In this document: positions 1 through 13,479 of the stretch, one piece after another
Layout of the letters: every line of letters starts with the position of its first letter
Position numbering within the stretch: position 1 is the stretch's first letter
From: Magallana gigas
Lineage: Eukaryota
Reading direction: 5' to 3'
Assembly (NCBI RefSeq): GCF_963853765.1
Contig: NC_088857.1
Location: 11,532,001-11,596,000 of the forward strand
DNA length: 64,000 nucleotides
The notes under the pieces: model-generated
Databases searched by the model: none
What the model saw: only the letters and a program-made list of their open reading frames with translations
What the model was told of the DNA's origin: nothing
Program-made: the position numbers and the translations under genes

Positions 1-2354
1 TTCACATACAGTGATATTTATGAAAATTAAAGAAAGGGGACATATTATGCATAAATTCAGAATCAACAACAAAGAATGCAGAAAGGGTACGCCCCTTTTT
101 GGGGTGAGAGAAACCATACTAGCTTGTTATCTCGGCACAATTAGCCTGCGTTGTTTATCAGGTATTGTTCCAGCCAAACCTTATCAGGTTCCACTAAACA
201 GCACATATTTTAATCAAATGCAATTTACCAGGCGTACCTTTTAAACCACAACCTATTACAAGTTTTCTGATGATCAATCGGCGGTTTTCGACTAGCATTA
301 AATTGAGAAATGGCTTTGATTTACACCGAGTGACAAGGTTGTAGGGGGTGGGGTGTCCAATCCAGCATCAGGGGCTCAATCAGGCTCATTGAGTCTGTAA
401 ACAGGCGAATCACCGATCTGTCAAACTCAGCGTTTAATGAAAAATTACATAGTGTACCTCTTAGTCAATATTTGTGAAAATCTAATTATTTTTACAAATA
501 TTGAAAAAATGTTAATACGATTTCTGAAAAAAAGGAACACCAATAATGATGCATGTATATTTGTTTCAGCTCGCGTATTTAGTTATTCTTTTTTAAAGGT
601 ATAAACATGTTTGTATGCATAAAATCAGAATTCATCCTGACGATTTTGCTTTTAGCGGGGAAGTTATTCATTGAAGATTAAGGTGGAAACGACGACAATC
701 GGTTATATACATGCAGGGATCTGCCGAATTTCCTGAGATATAAAAATCTTACGAGCAGTAGAGGTGCGCTATATCAAGAGGGACAAATATTTGCCAGCAA
801 CGCAATAAATTTTATATGGCATGTGTAAAGGCAATAAAAGATCATTATTATTTACACCGAGAACCAAAAAAGCTGAGAGAAAGTTAAAGGTTCCCTAAAG
901 CTCATTTTTAAGACAAAAGCATATTTTCAAAAGAATGTGTGTTTACGTTACTTTAAACAAAAAATTAATTCGTTGATTAATATAAAGACTCAAAAATATA
1001 TTCTCCTGGTGTGTATTTTTTCCTCGACACAATATAGCGCATAACATGCGTCAATGTGTACTTATTTTCGTGTTTTCATTTCATATTAAATAAAATTAAA
1101 TAAGAAATCTTACCCGGTTCAGTTGTGTATATCCTGTGACGATCATCGTACACAAACCGTCCATGTTGGTGGGGGGACAGGGCGGCAGAGTGAGACAAAC
1201 TTTGGGGGGCAGCGTCTTATATCCCCCGCCACGTCTGGGCATTAATCTCAATGTCCTGCCTCGTTAATACGGGGGAAATGCAGCGGAATAGTTTATCGTA
1301 CCTAATTTGTATGTATCGTCCCAAACCTGAATAATTCGTCCATATAATTACACTAACCTTTAAATCAGGAGGAGGGGAAATCACTCTCAAGATTACGTCA
1401 CAAGACCTTTCCATTAAAAGAACCAATTTCAAGCAAAGACAAGGATTTAGAAAATGAAAAATTTTTACAAGGCCATATCGTATCTTTCAAGTGCAATAAA
1501 AGTTGAGGTCTATAAATGAAATGAGTGCTTTGTGACGGCAATTTGACTCGCTCTCGTGTGTGTCGTTAAACATTGGGGCGTGCTGAAGGCTTGCATACAA
1601 ACTAGCCAGTCCTCATATAAAACACAGGAAACTTGCTGATAAATGGAGCCATTGATGCGGTATCCGCACCGAACAAGGGGGATTTTATTCCTCTCCCTCT
1701 TTTTATAGGACAGAAAAGATCGTGTATACTTACATAGATATTAAACTTTAAAAGTCATCTTTAAATTCAATAGTTACCAATAAGAGACGACATGAGGTCC
1801 CTAGCTGTACTCTCCTAGTGGAATTGAGGGTGGGGGGGGGGGGTGACTTGATGCGACATGTTTAATGTCGAGGTAATTGGTGAACTTATCGACTCATTTT
1901 TCCTTAAATTAGCTAAAAAAAATTCTAAAGTTGAAACAATATACACAGATTGGATACGTATTGATTTTTTATTGTTTGAAAAGAAGGATTTGGTAAAATA
2001 AACTTTAAAATTAAAAAATTGATTTTATATATACCGGTATATAAAAAAAGAAGAATAAAATTCCCCTATGAATTTTGTTGCAACGTTTATTGCATGCATA
2101 TTTCATATTCACAAATAAGTCTTTTAAACGCATTGGTCAAATGATAAATTATTAAGATCCGCTACAATGCTAAATAACAAATGCCAAAAATTTAAAAGAC
2201 AAAATATTTTATTTCATATTACTATTATGCTGAAGTATATCGAGTAGACGAAATATGTTCTTTATCAATATATACATGTAAAAGAAAATTTGGATTGTAA
2301 TAAGTCAAGCAGTAAAAAAAATATATTTTAAATAAAGATTTGAAGGCATATACA

Positions 2355-2355
<1 letters not shown>

Positions 2356-2408
<53 letters not shown>
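2356..2408. repeat. (TA)n microsatellite
   Basis: Uninterrupted TA run of about 26 units. Confidence 0.97.
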
Positions 2409-2411
<3 letters not shown>

Positions 2412-2937
2412 GGAATTAAGCAATTTTTTCGATTACCCTATTTCTATTACCGGACAACATCGCAAACCACAGCCAATTTGAATACAATCCTCTCCCATCT
2501 TGGAAGGAGTTATGCGGACTCCGGACCGTGGCTTGAAACGTTGTAACTCGGGTTCAGATTGAATTTTATGAGAGGAAATAAAAACAACAACAAAAAACGA
2601 ACTGTTGCCTCCAACGAACAGCTGCCTTCTTTGTTAATTTTTTTATGGGCGTAATGGTTTTCAAAGACAATTGGGTATATTCTATATATAGTTAACAGGG
2701 GACGTAAACTTATTAGTCTTTGATACGTGGCCATCCCCTGAGGATACAATGGGATACCGGAAAACCCTAAATAGATACATATAGGATTATAGGATATAAT
2801 CTACATCTATCTATATTGGAACAGCAGGTATTCCTATTGTATTTCTGCCTATTTATACCACTAGTATACATGTACTTATGTCCTTATCTGTCCTTATTGG
2901 TTTGGCGTTCACTACTATTGGTATGTGACCATTCATA

Positions 2938-5900
2938 ATGTCTGGTAAATGGGGCATCACGGGATATGTCGTCCTCTCGGTCATAACTTGGGGACTGGCG
3001 ACAGACCCCCCTCTCGGTAAGTTGAAATACTTTATGAACCTAATGTACGTACACAAATGTGCATCTTTAATAAAATGGTACTTCAAAATGCCATACATCT
3101 CGCCAAAAAAAAAAAAAACCCAATCAATTAAACGCTGTATATTCAGTCTTCGCAGGCTTGATGCTCAACAAATTATGGATACTTATCGGATTGACTTTAA
3201 AAATTAAGATATGATTCTCTTAGACTAAAATTTCATTTATGAAATTTCTAATTTTGTAGCTCCTTGTATATTTATAAAGAGCTCTTTTTAAAATCCGACA
3301 TTGTCCATTGCTGATGTCATTCGGTGTTTTTGTCTCCACAGAGACCTACAATGTTGACAGATCCGGGTTATCAGTCTCCGGTGTGTCATCAGGGGCCATC
3401 ATGGCGTCACAACTACACGTCATCTACTCCAGCAAAATCATGGGCGTCGGATTAGTGGCAGGAGGTCGGTTTGAAAACTTAAATGACCTATATTTATTCG
3501 ATTTCAAGGACATCAGCTTTATATATAAACTTCGTTATGCAGATTACTTGAAACACATCACAACATAAATTATTCTGTATTTTTTTTTGTCTACAAACAC
3601 ACCGCCGTTTCATCATCAACATTAAAAAAAGAGTGCTCAGATCAGATTCTCAAAATCATCCTCCAAGACCATAGACAGAGAATTTATCAATCTTCGCATT
3701 TTGTATACAAAAGTTGCGATATCTAAACTTTGGCATAGTATACTCTCATATTGTAATTTATTGATAACTGGGTGGGTGTAAATATATAATTAACGATATG
3801 ATAACTGTAAATTTATTTTTATAACCACCCAGTTAATTCAAAATTTACAATATGACGGTAGTAAGTCGATAAGTTCTCAGTTTATGGTTTTGGGGGTTTG
3901 AACCAAACTCTATGACGTCATTGATAAAGTGCCCTTCGCCTGCTCGGGGGGTAGTCTGGCGGGACTGTCCACGTGTATGAAGGTCCCGTCCCTGGAGTCG
4001 GTTGCCACATTCACGGCCCTAGTTACCACGGGGGCATTCTTTGGGAACGTGGACGCCACCTACCACATGCGTCACGACAAAGTGTTCATCTTCAGCGGAC
4101 AACAAGACTCCGTGGTACATCCGGGTGAGTGAGAATTTTGACGCATATTTTGAGACATGACGCCTCCATATCTGCTGTGCATTTTATATAAGAGGTGTTT
4201 AACTTTAAACCTGACTTGGAATCGTAAGGTTTTTTGAGAAAAGGGCTACATTTTATTGATGTAAATGGTACAAAACAGTTTCCCGCCAAGAAATAAAAGT
4301 AAGGGAATGGTCGATATACTTGAAACCAGAAACTCAATAATTTAGTTTGAAAATTGTAATTTTGCAGGAAAAGATTATTTATTAATTAAAGTGTGGTGTT
4401 TTTCAAGCTTAGGCATATGGCTCCATCATGTACAATATAGCTTTGTATTAAAAGTGAATGATTGGGACTACATCTAAATGAATTTTAATGGAATGGTTGT
4501 ACACCCTGTTTTGTAGACAACGGTCCAAACATCGCTCGTTTTTATGAGCACTTCATCCACGACAGCCACAATATCAAAAAGGTTTTCAACCTGCAGACAG
4601 AACACTGTATGGTATATATCGCCATTCATGATGTTGTTATACAGTAATCGGATATGTTTATCGAAAAAAAACCCACCAAGTTATGACGCAAACGTAAGAA
4701 AAACTTCCGCAACACCAGAGCGAGTAGGTGTGGAATGGGATTCCACATTATCAGAATTGTCAAATATGTCAAAATTGTTAAGGACACACCAACGTACTTT
4801 CTTGTTCGTCGAGCGAGCGAGCAATTAAATAATAAAAGTATTTTTTTTTATATATTTCTTCATCTTGTTTCTGATTTATAAATTAAGACTATTTACAATG
4901 CAAAATAGAGCGGAAATAGAACAGAAAACATGCAGCGCAGAATTTCCTGGATGCGGGATATTTTAATATTATTAGTATAGTTTTATTTAGATACGAGCGC
5001 GCGGGTCCGACGAACAAGGAATTCTATTGATGTGGCTTAAATGTTTGCTCATATAAAATTATTTCAAAGGTAAACAATGTAAAATCTCCGTCAGACTCAC
5101 ATATTTTAATTTAACTGACTGGGCTACACGGTTAAACAACAAGAGCGCTGATGATAATACTAAGTTTTTGGTTGTTTTTAATGTGTATTGCATTAGGAAA
5201 TAACGTGACAACGTCACGTGTCTGTGCTTACCTTAGATGGTAATGCTAGTATGGAGTCAAATTAACACATGGAGAATTATCATAAAATTCACTTTATCTG
5301 AAATATTTTCTGCTCAGCTATATTTACATTTTCTGCAGCCGACGGAAAATTTCGGTGGTTCCTGTACAGTACTCTCAGACACAAACTATCTCAACAACTG
5401 TGGCTATAATGGTGCGTTCGAAATCCTCAACTTCATTTATGGGGGACATTTAGTGGTATGCATGACTTTATAAAGCAACCCTTTACTCTTCATCACGTTT
5501 ATTAGTTTAAAACATTTTTAAAATCCTCTTTGTCACAAAAAAATTTGTTTTTCAGAGACCATCCAGCAATACGGCGTTATCTGGCGAGGTAATTAAGTGG
5601 TGAACAGCCCCACAACCCAAGTACAATAAGTTGTAAAATATTTTGTACACTAGTAATATGGATTCTTTGTGTTTCTTTGTACTCTAAGTCGTCTTCAGAT
5701 TCAAAATTCTGTGACCGCGATCATTCTCTGTGTTTATAATGTTTCTTGGTCACAATACTCTTGACTTTAATATTGGTTGGAGCAGGCAGACTTGAGGGCA
5801 AACAATTTTTGACTTTCGAAGCAGTCCTTAAACTTGACATCTTTGTACATGTAGTTGCGGAAGTTTAACCAGGCGGAGTTTTTCACGGCACCACCCCTGA

Positions 5901-6931
5901 CCTATAGTTTTGACACCACCGGGTATATCTACATACCATCTAGATGTCGGGACAAATCACACAGTCAGTGCATGTGTACTCGGATATTCCTAGTACTCTT
6001 AACAATTAATTAATAGTCAAAACACACACACACCCCTTCTAGAAACTGACAGATTTGTAATTCGGTGTTAAAAACTTTTATTAAACTATTGGTCTAGCAA
6101 GTAGCAATCAGAATGTCACAATTTTGAATTCTACGTCTGGTTTTTTTTTTCAATTTTAGAATGCAAACTCCACGTGGCCCTGCACGGATGTAAAATGGGC
6201 AGGTGAGGTTCATATACCAGATTTAGTTAATACCAGGATAAAATTCCGCTCAGATTGAGAACGAGAGCATCTTTAATAGACCGCCTCATTATTCCCAGGC
6301 ATGCGCAAGCTCTTTATTACGCTATATCTGCGATAACCCTTAGCTTATTTTGAATGCGTATAGTAATCGGATATTAGAGGTTTCATTTTCTAATTACGAT
6401 AGAAAATGTGTAGGGGTTCTTTTGATTAGTATTTTAGTTTTGTGGTTGGTGGGTGTTTTTTGTTTGGTAGGCAGTGTTTTTGCTTTTTATTGTTTTGTGC
6501 ACGTGGGTAGTAGCTTTGTTAATTTGTATTGCTGTTTAATTAAGTTCTAGTACGATTGAAATGTGTAATGTATGGCGGCTTGTTCTATGGTTATCAGACA
6601 TTACATAAATGAGGACTACGTCAGACACGGGGGATATAACGAGGTGGGGGAGCTGAATGACGTCATCATCCTGTACCCCCAGGTCGTTCCCATCCCCCTC
6701 AACCCCTACGGTTGTTGGGATGGGTATGGATACACAGGCGCCATGTTTGGTACGTTTCCTAATGTAGTATAATGTTTTTCATTTTCTATAATTGATAGAA
6801 ATGTAAATGCATTGAACTTGAAATATTTAATATGTGTGTACTTAACTTTAATTTTGATTTCAGCTACTAACAAAGGATTCCAGGAGGAAGGCATCAGACG
6901 AATGATGAGACAAGTAATGGGAGGATGGTGA
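2938..6931 (+). CDS. Secreted poly(3-hydroxybutyrate)/PHA depolymerase-like serine esterase, 10 exons, 337 aa
   Basis: Exons 2938-3016, 3342-3464, 3930-4124, 4517-4611, 5339-5455, 5556-5588, 5855-5963, 6160-6202, 6598-6749 and 6864-6931 are all GT-AG with matching phases, totalling 1014 nt. The N-terminus is hydrophobic and signal-peptide-like. It has the nucleophile motif SVSGVSSG, a candidate Asp (SGQQDSVV), a candidate His (TEHCM), and the motifs CKLHVALHGC, GYNEVGELNDVIILYPQ and NPYGCWD, typical of the fungal/bacterial extracellular PHB depolymerase family. Confidence 0.88.
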
Positions 6932-7312
6932 TGGTCACGTGAAGATCACGTGATGAGAGTCACATGGTTTATCTACACAATAATTCCATTAGGAAGAGTA
7001 TTTTGCTATTGAATTTGATAATAATAGCATTTTGATAACAAGCCTTTAATAATAATAAAATGACATACATTATGGAGAATTGTTAAACATTTTGTATTTT
7101 TGCTGATACAGAAAAAGTGTGTGTGTGTGTGTGTTGTTTTTTTTTTGTGTTTTTTTTTGTATACAGAACCCAGTATCAAATTTATGTAACCCATGCAACA
7201 TCTGCAGCGTATGAAAAATAAAACCTCTCCCTCTCACATCTACACAACACGTACACATGTACACACAAACACACACAGACACACAACACAGATGTATAGG
7301 TTCATGTGGCCT

Positions 7313-10300
7313 TCAGAAACTCCATTCCTCTGTCACATTCATCTGCTCCATCGAGTTTATCACAGAATCTACTGCTTTATCTACAAAAGATGGCAGAATA
7401 CAGTGAATTATTACAGGAATTTTAGAGCTTTCTTTTCACTTTTTAAATTTCATTCACTGAAATGTGAACAAACTGTAAAGGTAAATACAAGTATATGATG
7501 CATACCACGGATGACAAGGGTATCTCAACTGTTTACAGTACATGTACTTTTAAACTAATGATAGAGTTATCCTATTTTATTGAAGTCAGAAATGGTAAAA
7601 TACATGTATTCGGTCAATACAAAACCCTTAACTTTTATCGTACTAACCATAAGAAACATGGCCAAAGAAGCCAACATACCATAAAATACATTGGCTAGAT
7701 TAGCCAGGTTTATTGGAATCAATGTAAGAGAAATTATGACACCCCTCTTCTTACTGTACTTACAGTCAGAAACATTGGCAAGGTTAGCCAGGTTTATTGG
7801 AATCGATGTAAGAGAAATTATGATGCCCTCTCTTCTTACTGTACTTACCGTCAGAAACATTGGATAGGTTAGCCAGGTTTATTGGAATCAATGTAAGAGA
7901 AATTATGATGCCCTCTCATCTTACTGCACCTACCATAAGAAACATTGGCTAGGATAGCCAGGTTTATTGGAATCAATGTAAGAGAAATTATGATGCCCTC
8001 TCGTCTTACTGTACTTACCGTCAGAAACATTGGCTAGGTTAGCCAGGTTTATTGGAATCGATGTAAGAGAAATTATGATACCCTCTCGTCTTACTGTACT
8101 TACCGTCAGAGACATTGGATAGGTTAGCCAGGTTTATTGGAATCAATGTAAGAGAAATTATGATGCCCTCTCATCTTACTGCACCTACCATCAGAAACAT
8201 TGGCTAGGTAAGCCAGGTTTATTGGAATCAATGTAAGAGAAATTATGATGCCCTCTCGTCTTACTGTACTTACCGTCAGAAACATTGGCTAGGTTAGCCA
8301 GGTTTATTGGAATCAATGTAAGAGAAATTATGATACCCTCTTGTCTTACTGTACTTACCGTCAGAAACATTGGCTAGGTTAGCCAGGTTTATTGGCGTCA
8401 GTGGCTGTAGGAGATTTGGCAGTGCCTCTGAGGACCTCTTCTTCAGGTGTTTAAACATTGGGTCTGATAACAAGCCCTCCGCTGATGGTCTGAAGAAAAT
8501 TTAGATATACTAATGAAAATGTACAAAGTAAATTTTTGTAGCTGCCCCTCTTGATGGAAGTTTTTGTGAACAAGACCCCAATTAGACATTTTGTATATCA
8601 GTATGATGGTTATTTATAAAACTCAGTTATAAATGAAAACAGTTCATAAGTTACTGATAGAAAGATCTTGTGTGTGTGTGTGTTGACTCCTCCAAAATTT
8701 CAAGAATAGAAGACACCGTAATGAATATTCAAACACATTAACCATACAAATAAATCAAAACCATGGAGAACTCAAATGTTGTACGTGTATCTGAATTAAA
8801 TTTTAATCTTACACAGTAACATGGCCTACATTTACCATGAAATAGCACACATCAGGTAGATTTCCTGATTCATACCTGCACTTTGGATTCTTCTCTAAAC
8901 ACCTGTCAATCAAGCTATGGAAATGGGAGGAGAATTTACGAGCCTTTGCTAAGGCAACAATATCAATTCCGCCATTCTCCAGCTCCGCATTGTGTTGAGC
9001 TGTAAATGTAAAAAGCAAGACAAGGAATAATTTAACAGCCACTCCCAACTTTAGAATCAATAAAGGCGGCACTAATTGATACATGTATCTATTCAATAAA
9101 GTACTACCGGTAGTAACAAAATTATTTCATCAAAGGCCAGTGTGAATTTCTATTGAGTAAGTAAAAATAGCTCACTGCACTATTTAATTACAATATTTCC
9201 TTTTTTTCGTGGAAAAATGGGGAAAATATGTAGCAATTTTAATTTTTGTGATTTTATGAGTTTCTTATAGAAAATACATGTAATACACAATATAATTTCT
9301 GAATATTCAGTATTTTGCGATTTGAAAGAGATCGCAAATGAAGCAAAAATTAGATCATTGCGAAAATTACTGGATATACAGTGTTATGTGTGAAGCCTTA
9401 GACTTGATGGAGGCCATGATTTTAATGACATACCATGCTCCTCTCCAGTGAGGTCTGAGATGGTTGTACAGTCCAGCAGCATTGGCTTAGTACCATTCAC
9501 TTTCTCAAGCAGCATCTATTCAAATATACAGCATATATATATATACATCCTAAATATAGTACAATTATTTTAAAGGGTGATGTATCTCAAACATGTTACA
9601 AACCTGAGTCACTGGCATGTCCTCAAACGGAGGATAGCCATTGGCCAGCTCCCAACTTGTGATTCCGAGGCTGTATATGTCTGATTTTGTGTCATATCCT
9701 GACAAATTCTAAAACAAAAATAAAATAATGTTAAAAACAGAATAATGTAGTTTTGTGTCATATCCTGACAAATTCTAAAACAAAAAAAGAGTAATACATG
9801 TATTAAAAACAGTTAAATAAATTAATGTTGTTTTGTATCACATCCAGACAAACTCTAAAACAAAAATAGAATAATATTATAAAAAAGTCAATAAATGTAG
9901 TTTTTGTGCATTAATAGAATAAATGTACTGCATACTGTTTTGAGGATTCATGAATTGGTCAACAGTGGCCTTACTCGTAAAATTGGTCATACTTCTCACT
10001 TTATTGAGCACATAGTGTTATACATCAACTCAATAACAAAATCCATGAAAGAAAATTACCAGTGTTCAATGAAAAATGATAAATCTACAGTACATGTATA
10101 TGAATTAATAAATTCATGGATTCTATTTAGTGTGTGTGATTGAGATGTTTTTACCTGCTCAAGGATTTCTGGACTGAGCCACTGCAAGTCGGCACTACAG
10201 GCCTCGGGGTAGTTATGAACCTGGTTCCACTTCCTGCCATGATGGAACATGTGGTAGACTTTGCGTAGGCCTGATAAACACACACTGCCATTGCCACCAA

Positions 10301-12285
10301 TCAAAATATGGCTTGCCCTCACGCTCCTACAAGCATTTAAAATTTCATTTGCCAAAAATCAGGGATATGTCTGAAACAGATGGTCAGGGCTTCAAAAAGT
10401 AATTTGAAACTAAATATAATAGTTTCTTAAATCAGATCCATGGCTCAATACAGAGTCTTTGTTCCTAGATGCTATCAAATGGGTCCATGTGTGTTATTTA
10501 GTATTTAAAAGTAATCAGATCTAGATAGTTTTGAGGTAGTAAGTGTCACCTGTGTATGATTCCTCGGTGATGGAGATATTCGAGCGCATTCAGTACATCC
10601 CGCAGGATGTAGGCTATTGCTGTCTCTGGCAGACCAGTCTTAAAATAGGCGTGTAAAACATCTCGAGCTGACCCTGTTATAAAGAAAAAAAGCCACTGTA
10701 ATATCATGTGGTTTAGAGGTTATCTACAGATATTCTTGTTACATTTTCTTCCTTGAAAGATGAATACTGTAACCAGGGTTATTTTCGCCCCATGTTATTT
10801 TTGCCTTTCTTCACATGAATGCGGATTCGCTCCATCTTGAATTCACCCAGACATAGTTGTATTTAAGGAAAGATAATACAAAACATTGGAATTCACCCAG
10901 TCTTAAATTTGCCCGCTGACAACAAGAACAAAAGGGGCAAAAATAAAATGGAGGTGAATATTTCCCTGTATACAGTACACTTATTCATATAAATCAAGTG
11001 AAAACATGTAAGACAGTTTGGCTTCTCACTTACCATATCCGAGGAGAGGCATCACGCTCCACAGCTCATTGTTATGGACGAACGTACACAGATACTTGAC
11101 GATGTTTTCATGACACATCTGTCTGCATAGAATCACTTCATCCTGAGAGCAGAAAGAAGAAGCCATTTTGTACATGACAGAATTAGATGTGCTTAGGAGC
11201 TAATACTTCAACATCTAAGGTATCTGGGAGATAGTATATCAAACATTATTTGACCAATTAGATCCAAATAGGTTACATAAAAATACAGTACATCCAAGTT
11301 TTTTTCCGCATGTCAAAAACTGACAAAAATAGGGAAAATGTCATTTTTTTTTATTTGCATCAGTTATTTTTTGTGATTTCAATAGTATCTTATAGAGCAC
11401 CACAAAAATTACTGCATATAAGGTATATAAATTATCAAATAGGTCATTTTCACCTGAAAAATGTTGAATTCCACAGGGCTGTTTTCAATATCAATACATT
11501 TTATTGCTATTTTCTGTCCACTAGGGATATGTTGGGCTAGGTGAACAGTAACATTTTCAAAGGATCCTTTACCTGTTGTAAAATAAGGAAAACACAACAA
11601 CAATCATTTTCTAGCTTTCAGAAGTAAAGGATTAACACATGAAAAAAATCATAGATGCTCATCTGAATTCCAACTCAATAAAAATAAGGTAATGAACAGA
11701 ATTATATTACCTCAAAATGTCATGGTTTAGGTAATTACTAATTACAAGTGTGTAGTTATATAATCATAACCTTGTGATTATATCCTAAAAGTTTGGGACT
11801 TTTTTTTGGGAAAATTGCTTTACATGGATAGGGGGCGGAGACATCCAGAACACCTAGGCCTTTCATAGAAAGGCCTGAGGTGTTCCAGATGGAAATGGAG
11901 AGAAGCATTGGAAGATTGTGTACAAGAAGTTTCAGATCATTTGGTACTGTAAATTCCTTATTCTATGCAAGTACTTAATTCCGTGATTCAACCGTTTTGC
12001 ATCAAATTGCGAGAATATAAAACTGCAAACCCCAAATTTTCATCATAGTTTTGCTTCATTTACATGTGTCCGAAAAATAAAAGTGAGATTTTAAAATCTG
12101 TGAGATGTATTTCTCATGAATTTACGGGGATATTAATTTGTTATGTATAATTAGGAATCTACAGTATACAAACCTATGACGGCATGAAGTTTATACTTGG
12201 TGGTGTCTGGCTGCAACACAATGTCACCAAATCGTCCATTGTTGCTCTCCTGACTGCCAAAGCTCTGGGAGCCGGACTTCGAGGC
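7313..12285 (-). CDS. STRAD: STE20-related kinase adapter protein (STRAD pseudokinase); 5'-most coding exon uncertain
   Basis: Minus-strand exons 12174-12285, 11454-11572, 11034-11142, 10550-10673, 10155-10326, 9604-9708, 9434-9515, 8876-8999, 8359-8489 and 7313-7380 splice in frame. Kinase fold with STRAD hallmarks: [10 protein letters not shown] in place of HRD, SGLR in place of [20 protein letters not shown], and C-terminal EEWSF matching the MO25-binding WEF motif. A possible micro-exon at 14144-14159 (MHK, phase 0) may supply the start; this is unverified. Confidence 0.92.
7690..8395 (-). repeat. Tandem array of 84-85-bp units (~8.5 copies) spanning the STRAD penultimate exon end and its splice donor
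   Basis: GCCAGGTTTATTGG recurs at 7703, 7787, 7872 and onward to 8382. On the minus strand a unit is 37 nt of exon (…CCAATAAACCTGGCTAACCTAGCCAATGTTTCTGACG) plus GTAAGTACAG and ~48 nt of intron. Confidence 0.95.
9685..9900 (-). repeat. Three degenerate ~66-80-bp copies spanning a STRAD splice acceptor
   Basis: TTTTGTGTCATATCCTGACAAATTCTAAAACAAAAA occurs at ~9686 and ~9751, with a diverged copy at ~9831. On the minus strand this reads polypyrimidine tract, TTTTAG, then the exon start AATTTGTCAGGATATGACACAAAA. Confidence 0.85.
10767..10975. mobile_element. Tc1/mariner-type MITE (TA-flanked, CTGTA…TACAG ends)
   Basis: Imperfect TIRs CTGTAACCAGGGTTATTTTC / GAATATTTCCCTGTATACAG with TA on both sides. 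Lies in a STRAD intron. Confidence 0.6.
11947..12164. mobile_element. Tc1/mariner-type MITE (TA-flanked)
   Basis: TIRs CTGTAAATTCCTTATT / AATTAGGAATCTACAG with TA flanks. Ends 10 nt from a STRAD donor. Confidence 0.65.
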
Positions 12286-13412
12286 CTATACATTATACAA
12301 ACAATCACTGGTGAACAATTCTAAAAACTTTTCATTTCTGCATCCCCTGAATCAAAATAGGCAACATATTCCCAGAGCAATGGTGTTCCTTATTTTGCAA
12401 TTTCAGTACATGTATAAATTTGATGGTTTGTAGGCAAACATCTACATCATGTACTGATATAATGATGATAAATATGAAAATAATTCATTATAAGATACCT
12501 AACATAGAATATCCAAAGAGATAATGAGTGACAATGTTCTTGCTATGAACTATGAAGTGCTGCTCAATGATATTTGACGAAAATCTTGCTACAAAAATAA
12601 AATAATGAGCTACAACAACGCATTAAATTAAATTTTTTTTTTAAAAACAAACTCAGCTTAGTAACTACACTTAGAATTACAAATTACATGTTTTTGAAGG
12701 TGTTACTTATAAATACCTACTACCACCACACGGAACCAATCAACACACAAAGCATAATGGACCCCAAGATCAGCGTTATTACAGTCATCTACCAATACAG
12801 GCTAAATCAAAAACCAGATAATCAGCACAAACCAACTTCTGTCTCCATCAGTCACTGTCCAACAAATCTAGATTTATTCTTCGTTTTTAATATTCTTTAA
12901 GATATTTATCAAGTCAGAGAAATACCAAATTTCAATACAGTCTTGCACATCAGATCCCAACCCCACTGGTGATAACAACTTTACTCATAGACATGATTGT
13001 CATTTGTATCCAACGATCAGTCTTACACTGAGTGAATGAAAACATACTGATATAGATGCTTCATTGATCTATATGTACAACCTCTGATATTTTCAACATC
13101 TATTCATTATCTTAAGTTATTCAATATTTTAAAGTGATTTCATTTTAAATCCCAACAACTGTTTATTTACATGTGCATACATCCACATCTACTAGATACT
13201 TTTGCAAATCACAGTACTCATTCATGACTTTGACCTGACAAAGTTTAACCTAAGAGATACAACTTTAAATTACTTGTCACCCTTTTTTTTTAATTACCCT
13301 CAAAGATTTTTTTGTCCATGTTCAGTATCTTTTTAAATACAATATTGTTCCAGTGAAGGATATATACAAATGTTTTGTGTTTGCTTATGTTTGTAAATGT
13401 TTTAGTTTTAAC

Positions 13413-13479
13413 CACAGGGGCATCATATCCACTCTACACTCTATGACATATATATACGAGCGGATACGATGCCCCTGTG
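13413..13479. mobile_element. 67-bp mini inverted-repeat element
   Basis: 18-bp arms CACAGGGGCATCATATCC / GGATACGATGCCCCTGTG (1 mismatch), flanked by the direct repeat TTTTAAC at 13406-13412 and 13480-13486. Confidence 0.6.

Noticed and set aside
60-1450. GC-richer patches with splice-like signals (e.g. minus-strand donor at ~1108) suggesting exons of a gene running off the left edge
   Set aside because: I could not assemble a consistent frame or recognise a domain.
2340-2546. YIYI-rich ORF, and the SLSL/ERER ORFs at 58942-59632
   Set aside because: Microsatellite translation artefacts.
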